A stretch of 62,913 bases of DNA, the filler included, from Sphacelaria rigidula (lineage: Eukaryota): assembly GCA_964200075.2 (NCBI GenBank). It is 8 parts of 8 records of this genome, joined end to end, with 100 filler letters (N's around TTAATTAATTAA, not from the genome) between each part and the next. Parts side by side here need not be neighbours in the genome. Positions count along the whole stretch, not along the records: positions 7,878 to 15,654 come from CAXNAA020013488.1; positions 15,755 to 23,531 come from CAXNAA020013489.1; positions 23,632 to 31,408 come from CAXNAA020013490.1; 5 more parts are not named here. One strand, written 5' to 3'. The notes beneath the pieces were generated by a model, which had not been told where the DNA came from, did not search any database, and saw only the letters and a program-made list of their open reading frames with translations. Positions 13,051 through 24,820 of this stretch are shown one piece after another; the first letter of the stretch is position 1; every line of letters begins with the position of its first letter. Both the position numbers and the translations under genes were made by a program.

Positions 13051-13910
13051 AAAAAAGCGCAAGGGAAAAGAATCGGCAACGTTGTTGCCTAGCTCACCCA
13101 GTGAGAGGCGTGTTTGACACCGCCGTTGCCAACCGACGCCAACCCTCAAGAGGGGGATTTACGGGGGGGAGGGGGGGAGGGGTGCATTACTCGCCCTCAT
13201 TTGTAGACCACGACCACGGTGAACTTCTCTCAGGGAAGCAAGGCCTTCTATACGGGGAGTAGGGGTCTGAGCTTCGTGGGATAGTAAGGTGTGGAACATG
13301 ACGAGTAGCGTATGGAACACGACCAAAGTTGTGCGCCACAGCGCGCCGGATCGAGTGGACTTCCAGGGGGGGAGAGAAACTCAGGAATTTTCTCTGAGAT
13401 TGCGACCGAACACGTTCAACAAGCAAACAGCTCACGTAATTACTTCTCGGTGAAGGGGGTTGGTACCCATCAATGCTTTAGATCCCGCCCGACTTTCACA
13501 CGAGCAGTCATGAGGTGATTCTGATATGTATTTGTCATTACCCACAAGATATACGTGCAGTGCTCAAGGTGAACTAATCATAACGGAAACGCTCGCGAAA
13601 GAAAAAAAGGGGGAAACATTACAAGCAGATACGAATTGATAGCGAAGAAGAAACAACGAACACAAATCAATGAACAAACATCGAACAGCAAAAAACAGTA
13701 AACAAAAAAACAAAAATAATCGAACAAACAAAGAGCAAACAGCAAGAAGCAACAAAAGGTATGCATTATATTAGATGCAACATATTCTTGTGCGCCACCA
13801 TTCCAATTTTTTCTCTTTTCTTTTTTTCTCTTATGCGTTCGTGCGTGCGTGTGTGGATCTTGGATCTTGGATCTTGGATCTTCCGCGCTTCAATCCCAAA
13901 CGGGTGACAG

Positions 13911-14037
13911 GTGGCGGCGTACTCAACCCAGTCGGACAAGGTGATCAACTCGGGGGAAGGCGGATTTGTCGTCACATCAGACGATGAGGTGGCTGCAAGG
14001 GCCATATTTTTGTCGGGGGCCTACGAGAGGCGTTTTG
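13911..14037 (+). CDS. Internal exon of a DegT/DnrJ/EryC1/StrS-family PLP-dependent aminotransferase, including the catalytic Lys motif
   Basis: Boundaries gacag|gtg and tttg|gtgagg. It translates VAAYSTQSDKVINSGEGGFVVTSDDEVAARAIFLSGAYERRF, which is the family signature S-x4-K-x4-GEGG-x3-T-x-D. Confidence 0.85.
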
Positions 14038-14443
14038 GTGAGGGAAAAGCCGTTCCGATCGGTGCCTCGGTATATATATATATATATATATGTGCATGTA
14101 TCATTTCACATTTTTCACCGCTGTTGCCGAGTTTTCTCTGGCAGCAAGGCATTTTATCCCGCGCTTTCTTTTGCAGCGCACGAAGAAGGCGCAGCGGTAC
14201 ATTACCGTTCAGGTTTGGGGGTCATCTGGTACCTATGGCGCGTGTTCTGGCCACCGAAAGTCGGTCAAATTGGCTCTTTTTCGCAGGGTGTCGCTCCCGA
14301 ACCACAAAAGCCTTTTCGAAATCATGGAAAGCTTCTAACAGAAACCCGGATCACAAAAGCCTGTTCATGGCGGGGTATTTTTCACCGTGTTTGTCTTTGC
14401 GGTGTCGTTGATTTGGGAGCACGAAGATAGCGGTTATGCAGCG

Positions 14444-14935
14444 AATGTCACGAGAAAATGAGAGCAAAGCAGTTGAAAAAAAATTGAGCATTGCCTCATC
14501 GGCCCTAGTCAGCAGCAAACACAAGTCGAATGATCTGAGAATTCTCTAGTTTCGACGTGAAGTTTCCAACACCGTCATAACTGACTGGTGTTGTGGGTCC
14601 CTGTTATGCGAACTCAACAGTCCACGAAAGCATGTTGAAGGTCATGAATAAGTTGAAACAGGATAACTTTTGGCCGGGTATTTTTTCCCTGTATTTTTTT
14701 CTGTGTCGCGTTCTCGTTCTTTTGGGAAGACAAAGACACCGGCTCTGCCTCCAATGTCACGAGAACATGAGAGCAAAGCAGTTTAAAACAATTGAGCATT
14801 GCCTTGGCCTTAGTCAGCAGCAAACGCAAGTCGCATGATCTGAGATATTTTTTTCTTTAGTTTTGACGTGATTCCTTACACGCCGTCATAACTGATTGGT
14901 CATGTGGGTCCCGGTTATGCGAACCCAACAGTCCT
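14444..14935 (+). repeat. Local direct duplication (~180-bp copies at ~14444-14622 and ~14753-14933)
   Basis: aatgtcacgagaa...gagagcaaagcagtt...ccgtcataactga...gttatgcgaac occurs twice. Confidence 0.8.
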
Positions 14936-16594
14936 TATCGTTTTACCTAGAACAAGACCCACGGGTCGTGTCCGTATGACACTTTCAACCACGAGGAAAG
15001 TTCCTCGGGTGTTGGTCAGACTGCTGTAGGAGATTTTGTTGACTTGTCTGTGTGCCTTGGAACCACGGAGCTATGTTTACGCTCCAAGCTCAAAGCCAAC
15101 GTCCACGATGCCATCAATCGGGTGTCGGCTAGACTGCTCTAGGAGGTTTGTTGAACTGCCTGTGTAACTTGGAAGCCACAGAGCTATGTGTATTCCCAAG
15201 CTCAAAGCCAACACACACAATGTCATCAAGCTCATAGAATGTGAGCTTGGCTGTACACTACACCACAAACTGTCAACAGATGGCTTAGACATAATCCTGC
15301 ATGCAGGGCTACACCATCTGTAGATGGATCAGCAAGATGTACTGCTACAGATCCATCAAATGTTTTCCATGTGGACAATATACGTACGAAGCACTGGGAT
15401 GTTCACTGTCAGCTCTCATGAGCATTGTCCTGTCCTCAACGCACCGTCATATCTTGATCGACAGAGTACTCTGCTGTATCAGAGAGGCGAGAGCCCATAA
15501 CCCTCTGGGGGTATCGTAATTATAATACTTCCTCTGTCCCATAAGTCTGTATCGTTATGGACGTTTAATCGTGTGGGTATTTCAATGCTCACGATCATGC
15601 TACAGTTGGGCTCGTTAGAGAGATAACGTGCAGACGAAGCTGACTGAGAAAAAANNNNNNNNNNNNNNNNNNNNNNNNNNNNNNNNNNNNNNNNNNNNTT
15701 AATTAATTAANNNNNNNNNNNNNNNNNNNNNNNNNNNNNNNNNNNNNNNNNNNNGAAGATTTTAATCCTCCGGGTTCTCATCCTCAATCAAAAGCACCAT
15801 CCTCAACATAGATGATTGGCTGTTTAATCCATTTCCTAATTATTTGCGTGCGACGGGCAGAGTGAAGAAACGGAAAGCTCAACTAGTTCAATCGGAAGCA
15901 TCCGGAGACAAGGTACGAAGGGGCACCTGACCCCATCTTGCGGACTACCACACCAGGTACCACCCGTTCACAAAACCATGCAAACCCCACACAACTCGTG
16001 TTTCACTCTAAACGTAACTATAAGGCTGTGTCTCGTCAAGTTGGTTTCGACTCGAAAACGTACGGTGATATCAGATTTTCTCGTACCTGATACGTCCACG
16101 GCATTCATGTTCTTCACCATATATATGACAAAATTAGTAGCGTGAACTAATCAGAAACGAGCAAATTCGATTCGACCGCCCGTTTTCGACACGAAAACAA
16201 TTTGATACGACACGACATAACCCTAACCCTGACCCCAAATGAATAAGTACCGCTTCACCAATTTCACTGAGCTCGGTCGAAAGTGTGCAACTTCGCTCGG
16301 ACTCAAACGCAGCATAACGGGCTAGATCAGTTTCGCCGCGCAAATTTGTTTTAGTCGAGGAATGTGATATACAGACACCGCCTGAGGCTGGGATTGCCGG
16401 GGGAGGAGACACGGCCAAGTGCTGAGAATGGGCAAAATAAGAGGGAGTACGGAACGGATTGATTTGAGACTTACCGAAACATGAACACATGCGTAGCACG
16501 TACGTTTTCTAGAGACTTGACCCTTTTACAGGTGATGAGAATGATAAATCGAAGACTGTGTTCTCGGAAAACATTTTGATCTGCTCTCACGCAC

Positions 16595-16771
16595 TTTGAC
16601 CCTTCCTCTGTTCCTGGATTCGTTGATCATGATGTTCTCCTCGTCCCTCCTCAGCTTGAGGTTTTTCTCTATGGCTCCGAGTATCTTCATCGCCATCGCC
16701 CTCTTCTGCTCGTTCGTCTTCCCTCCCGCCTGCTGTTTGACGTCCCCCTGGAGACGAAGTACCGAAATCAC
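16595..16771 (-). CDS. Lon protease-like gene, coiled-coil linker exon D (acceptor uncertain)
   Basis: It translates VISVLRLQGDVKQQAGGKTNEQKRAMAMKILGAIEKNLKLRRDEENIMINESRNRGRVK, which aligns by eye with Lon 'ELxKLQxxIxxxVEEKxxxxQR..LxEQLKxIKKELGxEKDD'. The donor is aaa|gtgcgt. The homology-predicted acceptor reads TTG rather than NAG. Confidence 0.6.
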
Positions 16772-17351
16772 CAATGAGATGCTATAAACACACATATGGT
16801 GGGAGCGAAACAGAAACAAAGCGAAACGACCATCATCTGAAAAAAATCAAGGTGCCGTGGGCACAGTGAACTTCACCGAGTCAATGATCGCATGAGTGAG
16901 TCGTAAGATGGTCGTACGAGCTCTACCCTACTGTGACATCATCCAACCGCCCTCTCTGCTAAACCTGGGCTTCCCTACTACACTCTGGTTTGTTGCACTA
17001 CTTTCGTGCATAAACCCCTTGTACCATGATAAATAGACATCAAGCAGACGCGAAACGAAAGCGATGGAAACAAAATGGTACCCAGGGACACGGGATGGAT
17101 GTGTCCTGCCATCCCACCTATCCGCGAGGGGTTCAGCAGTCCCCTTCCTTCGTCGTCCGTGAAGTCGAATTCTGTGTATCCACGACATGGTCGCTCTTCA
17201 CTGTCGAGCATAGTGTGAGGAAACATCCCAAATAACTCTGAACTTTGGACCCACGACCCAACCGTCAGAGGGTTTCGAGGTTATGAACTGAGCCGCCGGG
17301 GCTACCAACAATGCGATACGACACACAATAAATGATGACACACTGCCCGAA

Positions 17352-17708
17352 CCGGTCGCCCCGGTCGTGGCTCAGTTCGTAACCTCGAAACCGTCTGACG
17401 GTTGGGTCGTGGGTTCAAATCTCAGAGCGATCTGGGGTTGTTCCTTACACCATGCCCAACAGTGGAGAGCAAATATGTCATGGGTACACAAATTCGACTC
17501 AACGGTCGACGAGGGAGAGGGAGTGCTGCACCCCTCTCGCGTTCAAAAATGAAAAGGCAAGCAACGCAGGAAGAAGGTGGGGTACCAAAAAAAAGAAGAA
17601 AAAAATCCTGTGTTGACCTTCCTCCTGCGTGACCCCAGCTGGTGCGCCTACGTGTACCGAAGGGTGTAGACCGGCGTCCAGAGCAGATGGGACGAACACA
17701 CACACACA

Positions 17709-17736
<28 letters not shown>
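17352..17736 (+). mobile_element. tRNA-derived SINE-like element, apparently full length, ending in (CA)n
   Basis: A-box-like TGGCTCAGTTCG (17368-17379) and B-box-like GGTTCAAATCT (17412-17422), a conserved body (gtgaccccagctggtgcgcc...aagggtgtagac) and a CA microsatellite tail. Other copies lie at ~655-875(+), 1470-1685(-), 7707-7777(+), 17123-17302(-), 18500-18678(-), 26645-26712(-) and 27724-27983(-). Confidence 0.75.
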
Positions 17737-17742
<6 letters not shown>

Positions 17743-19589
17743 GCACGCACAGAAGCAGACATGAACAACAGGCACGCGGGCACGAGGAACAGGGACGGGG
17801 ATGGGGACGAAAGAGTCTGCTTGCACGGCACACGATGGAGCCATTCTGATGATTCTCACCTAGCTGGATTGTGCAAGCTCGCGTGATCATGATCATATCC
17901 TCATTCAAGACGATTACGTGCTGGGTTGGCCGAGACGAGAATTTGTGGTTTGCAGACCCTGCCTCACCTCAATTTTGAGAGTAGGGATTTCCAATCTTGG
18001 GACAGATAGTTAACAGAGCACTAGCGATATTCTTCGGGACGCAGAGTTTTCATTTTTCATGAGTTTATGGTAATAGTGCCTATTTTTCAGGAAGATACCG
18101 TTGACTTCCGGATAAAAAAACATTCCCCCCGACATATTTTCCCAATGCCTGAGGCCATTTTCCCTACCGAGTTTGAAAGCGTAACTCTCGGAGTTGAGGT
18201 GACGCGGGGGCGATTTAGAGACCGGGTCGGGCGAAAATCGGAATAACATTTTCCGGGCCGTTAACCAGCCCATACCGCGAAAACAAATTCCAGCATGCCT
18301 TTCCGACCCATGCTAAGTTTCACATCAATAATCTAAAATTGAGCTGAAGAATCATTATCCGTCGCTCGTCACGCAGAATGGCACAGGCACCGTAGGTAAG
18401 GTATCGTACGGAGCGTACCTGTAATGCGTGAGAGGACCGCGTGCTTGGAGGACCGCATCGGAATTTGAACATCTCCTGCTGCGGTGCTCACCTTTTTCTT
18501 TTTATCGCGGTGCTTCCCTCGTCGACCGTAAAGTCGAATTTTGTGTACCCACGACACAGTCGCTCTCCACTGTTGGCCATGGTTTGAGAAAAATTCCCAC
18601 ATCGCTCCGGGAATCGAACCCCACCACTCAACTTTCAGAAGGTTACGTGGTTGCCAACTGAGCCACCGGGGCGATCGACTTGGTTTAGGATATCGTACGT
18701 ACCGGTATCGGTTACCTACCGGGTATCTACCTTACCCTGAGTGATTGAATGACTGTCACACTTCAACTGACCCCCAGGGGTCTACCCTTTATACCGATTT
18801 CAAAATCATCATCCAGTAAGGCGGGTAAGCGTTCTAGATCCTTATGCAACTTGTGGAGTCAACTTCTCTGCCCAACGTGAGAGGGCCGGCCCCACCGATC
18901 ATATTCCACCCGGCAATGGCGCGGTATTCAGCGTGTATATGTTCATGATAATTATACTATTCCATCATTTTTGTCAGGATTATTTTTCCCGTACATTAGC
19001 CCGATCTCTCGAACCTATGGTCACCGTCGTGAGCTCGTCTAACGATACAGCCCCTTACAAGGCATACATACGGTCCTTCATCACCTTTGTTGACTCCAGT
19101 CCAATTACAAGAACGTTCGCAATCAACCAAAATATTCGAGACTCCAGTTCAATCACAGGAACGTCCGTAATGAAGTAGTATATCATCAGAATGAAAATAA
19201 GAGATACGCAAAGAGAAACGCGAGAAGTAGCTTCCCCGAGTCCAACGGGTTAAAAAAAACGTATCGGATCTGCAGAGAAAAGCACACCGACAGAAGGAGA
19301 AAAGAAAAGACAAGACACGAAGGGATCCGCACGGCCACCTGGCGGGGGTCAAGTACAGTAGTAGTCGGCGGTCCAACTGTTCATTTCGTGACATTGTGTG
19401 AATTTTTCGGGAGTGGCGATTTTCTTGGGCTCCTCTCGCTCGCCACCCCTCATCACATGTGGGATCTGAAGATATATGTATCAGCTCCACATTCCAAGAA
19501 GGATAGTAATCTGTACTTCATATTGAGTGACTTGCGGGCTGACCGATCATCGGGGGTTCTGCCACATTTCAGCCCAGATTCTTGCTTTT

Positions 19590-20095
19590 CTGTATTTTTC
19601 ACGGGGCTTCGCACGATTCTAGGTGCACAAAAATATGGGTCAGGGCGTCCCCGTTTGCAAACTCATTCGGGATATGCCCAGCACATTGGAGTAGTAATCC
19701 TGGAGTACTTTCAAATATTCTCATAGGTCGTGTTGTGGATGAGAATAAGGGCTTTCACCAATTCGAACCTCATAAAAAAATTGTCCACCCCTACCGTAGC
19801 ATCACTCTTGCCTAGTAAGTTGAGAGCAGTTGCTGCGCCGTCGGGAGTGCGTCGCGTCGGGTTTTTGCCGGGTATTTCCCCTGGAGTGATGCGGTAGGGA
19901 TGCACAAATATTTTCTGAAAGTAAAATTGTTCCCATATTTTAATCTAATCCAAAACACTACTTATGAAATATGTGGGAGTACGCCATGATAATCATTCTA
20001 ATGTGCGAAAGACGTCCCAACTGATTCTTCAAACGGGGATGCCCTGACCCATTTTCTTGCGCATGTACAATCGTGAGGAGCCCCTGAACCAGACA
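19590..20095. mobile_element. Foldback element (arms ~19590-19810 and ~19875-20095); a single arm recurs at ~4310-4548
   Basis: gggtcagggcgtccccgtttg versus caaacggggatgccctgaccc, and ccctaccgtagcatcactc versus gagtgatgcggtaggg. Confidence 0.7.
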
Positions 20096-20614
20096 AGGTC
20101 TTGCGCAAAAAGTACAACCCTACGTTAGCATTGTTCCCCGGTATTCACGAGGGTATCCCATGCAGTGATATCTTAGGTATCGTAGGTATGCGGTTTGAGA
20201 ATACCTGATTGAGGGGGTATGGTAGGTATAAAAAATCTCGAATACCGTGGTATCCGGGGTATGAGTTTTGGAAATACCTGATTGAACGTGTACGAAGAGT
20301 GTTTTCGTGAGATAGAGAGTAGAGGATACACTTGAGAGTGACCAGCGGTCAATGAGTGAATGAATCGTTTCAGTTCCGAAATGCTCCTCGCCAGGGCCCA
20401 ATCGGCTTTCTGTAGTAGCTCACCACTGACCCTGAGTAGGATATCGATGTCCAGCTACAAGCACACGCAAGTGATGGAGGCAAAGCGAGCACGCATGGAA
20501 TAAACATGGCCAAGTTTTAAAGCAAATGATCAAAGCCACTCTTCATCAGCGCTGTACTGTCTCACGAAAACGTTGTCTATGGTTAGTATTACATACGAGT
20601 ACATACATGTCTAC

Positions 20615-20876
20615 CTTGGACGCCACGTCAAACACCAATTCCAGTCGCCGTATCACGGACTTCTCCTCGAGGACGGCCTGCAGTTTCTCTCCCTCCGTAG
20701 TGCTGATCCTGGCGGCGAGATCAGCGAACTGCCTAGGGTTGTTGATGGTACTATCGCTGGAGGTGAGTCGATTGAGGAGCGCGGGGTTGCGGTTCACCGA
20801 TTCTTCCAAGGTGCTCAGGATCTTCTCGCAAAGGACGAGAATCGCGTCCGAGTTAGGGTCAACCTCAACCTCGCCT
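20615..20876 (-). CDS. Lon protease-like gene, N-domain exon C
   Basis: Acceptor ccgcag|a, donor aag|gtagac, 262 nt, phase 2/0, frame-compatible with exon B. It translates GEVEVDPNSDAILVLCEKILSTLEESVNRNPALL...NNPRQFADLAARISTTEGEKLQAVLEEKSVIRRLELV, matching mitochondrial-type Lon 'NP...P..LAD.AA......LQ.VLEE....RL'. Confidence 0.85.
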
Positions 20877-21672
20877 CTGCGGTTTTGGAGATAACGGAAG
20901 CAGTTGGGTGTACATCATGAAATGGGCGAGAATGGCCTGCAATATAGAGACGATGCGGGCGAGTACTGTTGTGTAATGCTTACCGACTTTCCGTCCCGCA
21001 CCATGTATTCCAAAATGCATCAAATTCGTTCGTTTCGTTTCTTCAAGTATCTCGTTTGGTGGACTTGTAGTTAGGGAGGGGGTTGAGAAACATGGCTCCC
21101 TTGCATCAGGTGCGGATCCTGTCGAGTCTCGCGGGTCGAGTCGTCGGTGCTTCCGAATTCCTTGTTCTGCGCACATGGAGGGGGTAGGGGGCACTAGCAC
21201 ACTATGCTTTTGTAACCGTGCCAAAATAGAGAACACAAACAATTCAGTTGTGTGCTTCTCGTGAATTGCTCCAAGTGTGCTCAGCTGGCGCTCAGCTGGT
21301 GGCCCAGGATCTCAGCGCATCTGCACCCATTTCTTGAAAACAAAATTGGCGAACTGGATCATTGTGACTTCACACCGCGAAAAATGCTTACAACATGTCG
21401 AAGGCGCGGATAGAGCCCTGAAAGTCCGGATTGAAATCTCTCGTTCTGCTGCGTCTGTTTGATGCAGGATGGTGTTTAGTCGAGAAAAAAGTTGGCGTCT
21501 ATTACTCGCCAATTGTTTTTCAACGCGCCTTCGCGCACGGACGTACATGGCTTCGTGCATTCATGGGAAAATACTTTTGGCGTTTACACCCTACAGCAAT
21601 TGACGGTAGGTCTCTGGTAGCTCGGCTTGGTCTCGACTGCAGTATGTTCGCATGCGCTTGCTTTGTTCTCAC

Positions 21673-21803
21673 TTGCCCCAACGCTCCACCTTCACTTCAG
21701 AAGGGGGCCCAGGAGAAACGAGTTCCACGATCTTAACTCGACGGAGCCCCCGCACCTCGACCTGCATCTCCCCCGGCTTCAGGGAATCCCTGTAGCCGAC
21801 CAC
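21673..21803 (-). CDS. Lon protease-like gene, N-domain exon B
   Basis: Acceptor caacag|gtg, donor caa|gtgaga, 131 nt, phase 0/2. It translates VVGYRDSLKPGEMQVEVRGLRRVKIVELVSPGPPSEVKVERWG, matching Lon 'GxxxVxVxGxRRVxI'. Confidence 0.85.
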
Positions 21804-22290
21804 CTGTTGAGAAAGGTCCACAGTATGACGACGAGGGAGAAACAAGGGAGAGCATTCCTTCGATGTCTCGACACGCATTCCTTCAACGTTTCAACCGGCG
21901 TTTCTTCGATGTTCCAACCCGCATTCCTTCACTCCCAGGCGTGACCATGTAATGCATCAGAGAACCGCGCTGGGGGACCGGATCGTACTTCGAAACTCTC
22001 CAGGATTTACGTTTTTCCGAATCAATCGAGCCAGTCTCTGCAGGGACCACGCCCCTGACACTAACCCAAACCCTGACCATTGGGATGTTCAACTTCCGAT
22101 GCGGTCCTCTTAGCACACGTCCTCCCACACGTTACAACGTAGACCCCTTGAAAACAAAAACGCAACCACAGGAGCAACTCATACCATACATCCGAGATGA
22201 ACAAGCGCAGACGTGCATCGGTCTGTACCAAGAAGCGTACAGGGCAGAAAAAAAGCGGCAAACCCTCTACAATAGCACGGGGTCCCTCAC

Positions 22291-22533
22291 CTTCACCAAG
22301 GTGCCGACGTCATGAATCTTGTCCAGGCTACGGATCACCTCCGGGTATACCGACTGCACGGCTCCGTCACCGCCGCTCGCTTTGTCCTCTATCTTGGCTG
22401 ACTTTTTCTTCTTTTTCTTTTTCTTTTTTTTTTCTCGACGGGAGGGGGACCCGCCGACGGCAATCGCCAAGCCCCCTTCGCTCCGTTCTTGCTCCTGTTT
22501 TTTTCGAAAAACCAGGCACAGATTCTCGCCACT
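22291..22533 (-). CDS. Lon protease-like gene, N-domain exon A
   Basis: Acceptor ttctag|agt, donor aag|gtgagg, 243 nt, phase 0/0. It translates SGENLCLVFRKK...PEVIRSLDKIHDVGTLVK, resembling Lon 'VGVFLKK...sldeiydVGTxxxI'. Confidence 0.8.
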
Positions 22534-24820
22534 CTAGAAAGAGTAGGACCACCGCAATGGGTTGTAGGGGGGGAGGGGAGGGGGTGGGGGGTGTCGGGGT
22601 AATCCATGGAATTGATTTTTATCATACTTCCAAATCCCTCTTCTTTCTTTGGACGAGTTGGGCCTCGAGGAATCAAGGCATCTCCTCCGGTACCTACAAC
22701 TACCTTACTGAATCGAACACCGATTACTGGATCGTCACTGCACCACTCGTACCAGTATTCCCGCAGACCCGTCGCCTGCTATCGAATCTCCTTTTAATCG
22801 CTAGACACCGGCGTCGGCTCGGAACGGTGTCACGGGCCAACAGTCCGGACACATCCGGGGGTTTCTAGGAGGCGGGGGGGATATATGCTGAGGGGGTTGC
22901 GTCTGCCCACGGCAAAGACGGAAAACTTACCAATACAACCGTGTTGGAAGTTCCTCGCGAAAAATCCAGAGCCAAGAACGTGGCCTGAGGCGCGGAATGG
23001 TCATTTTGACTAATCACGGTCGCCAAAACAGCGACTTTGTTTCCCTACAGGTTTGGATACTTTTAACGATAGCCCCTCCCAGAACAGTGCCTGGTTTGGG
23101 GGGGCAGAATCTCCACGTGAACCGAGATGGAAAAAGCCGAGCACGAAGAGCAGCTAGCAGGGAATTCCCACGACTGGGGTCATTCTCGCCAATGCCGCCC
23201 ATACGTGTCGCGTCATGCAGTCTGAACGCAAACGTTAGGCGCTATATCATCATTGTTTTCGTGGCACTTGAGTTCCTTGGGGGGTGCCTATCGTAGAAAG
23301 TGTCTGCTGCCGATACCTGCTCCTGTCTTCCCGTAACTCTCATTCTCGTCATGGCAATTCAACCATACATTACATGGGCACAAATGACGTGCTTTTCGCT
23401 TTGCTCGTGGCCTATGCCACCTGCCTCCTCCCTCGTGTGTTGCCAGCATCGCCTCAAACTGTCTATAACAACAAATTGTGCGAAGAGGTTCAACTCCGAG
23501 ATGAGGTTCAAGCCTAAAACAGTGCTTTCCTNNNNNNNNNNNNNNNNNNNNNNNNNNNNNNNNNNNNNNNNNNNNTTAATTAATTAANNNNNNNNNNNNN
23601 NNNNNNNNNNNNNNNNNNNNNNNNNNNNNNNAATCGGCATCAATTTCAAGTGAAAAAAAGTATGCATGATCCAGAAAGACTAATCTCGCGGTCTGAGGGT
23701 AAAGTTTCCGAGAATGCTCTGTCAACCATTTTTACGACCAATGCGTGAGCATGATTTGCGTTATGATTTAATAGAGTGAGGTCTTCATGTGCGGGCGCTC
23801 ACAGGGTTGAAGGACACCAGCCGGCGGTGGGCATAATTCAGACAGAAAGCTGAAGCCTACAGTATTTGCAGCGCAACAATGCGGGGGTGCTGTGATTCGG
23901 GCTTGACGGCAGAGTAACACAGAAAATATCGCAATACAATGGCTGACTCTTCACTAGGACAAGCGAGGCAGTTCACGACCAGGTTCGTCTATAATAGCGA
24001 AGGCTACGCTGCGCTTGCTCTATTTTATGCATCTCAGAACAAACTCTGCAGCGGTATTCCGATCTCGCGAACGCACGGAAGATAAGGCAGACCCCTCGAT
24101 CATCACGATCATTGTCATTAGTTCAACTTGAAAAATGAATGAGAGGCCCAGATTCCACCTCAGGGTCTCTAAACGGTCAACTTTCGAATTCAAATTCCTC
24201 CGCGACCCAAGCTGGTAGCCGTGCGGTGTTATTGTTATTCAATAGAGTAGCTTTAGTGGGTACGTGATTTCAGGTTCTCCAGACCTGACGGTCACAAGCA
24301 TATTTTTCAAGGCGTTACGAAGCTTAACACGACATAGCCCAGGGCATGCACGACTTCAGATGCCTCACCGACAGCTCCAAGCACGGATCTATCCAAGATT
24401 CCTTCGACGGACTTATTCCCGAGGTCAAATCGCCTCAGGAAGCTGGCCCTGGACGCCATGATAGCTGTGGAACATTCGGTGTAGGTTTCCGAGTTTGTCC
24501 CAACACTTTCCCGTTGACTATATCAAGAGGAGAAACCCCGCACGAACACCGCAGTTATTAATGCAACTCGAAGTACATAGATAGAAGCGGCCCTTATGCA
24601 AACAGTCCGTCCACACCAGCGCCCGTACCTAACCAAACCACCGGTCCAGGAATAGTGTTCTCGACTCCAAATCTTGAATCTTACATTTCAAGAACCTTAA
24701 GGTTATATTAATTAAATTTGAGCCATGCTGCACTCTGTGTCATGTTCTAGGTCGTCATGTACGGCGACGTAGTACATGTACGCCAGACCCTGGCTGCGGG
24801 TGCCGAAACACGGACAGATT

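Noticed and set aside
22171..22300. Plus-strand exon-like segment EQLIPYIRDEQAQTCIGLYQEAYRAEKKRQ
   Set aside because: It has AG/GT boundaries but overlaps the donor of the well-supported minus-strand Lon-like exon A, and it has no recognisable homology.
22700..23202. Additional 5' exons of the Lon-like gene
   Set aside because: Splice-like signals exist (gtaagt donor near 22930), but I could not build a frame-consistent, homologous exon chain.
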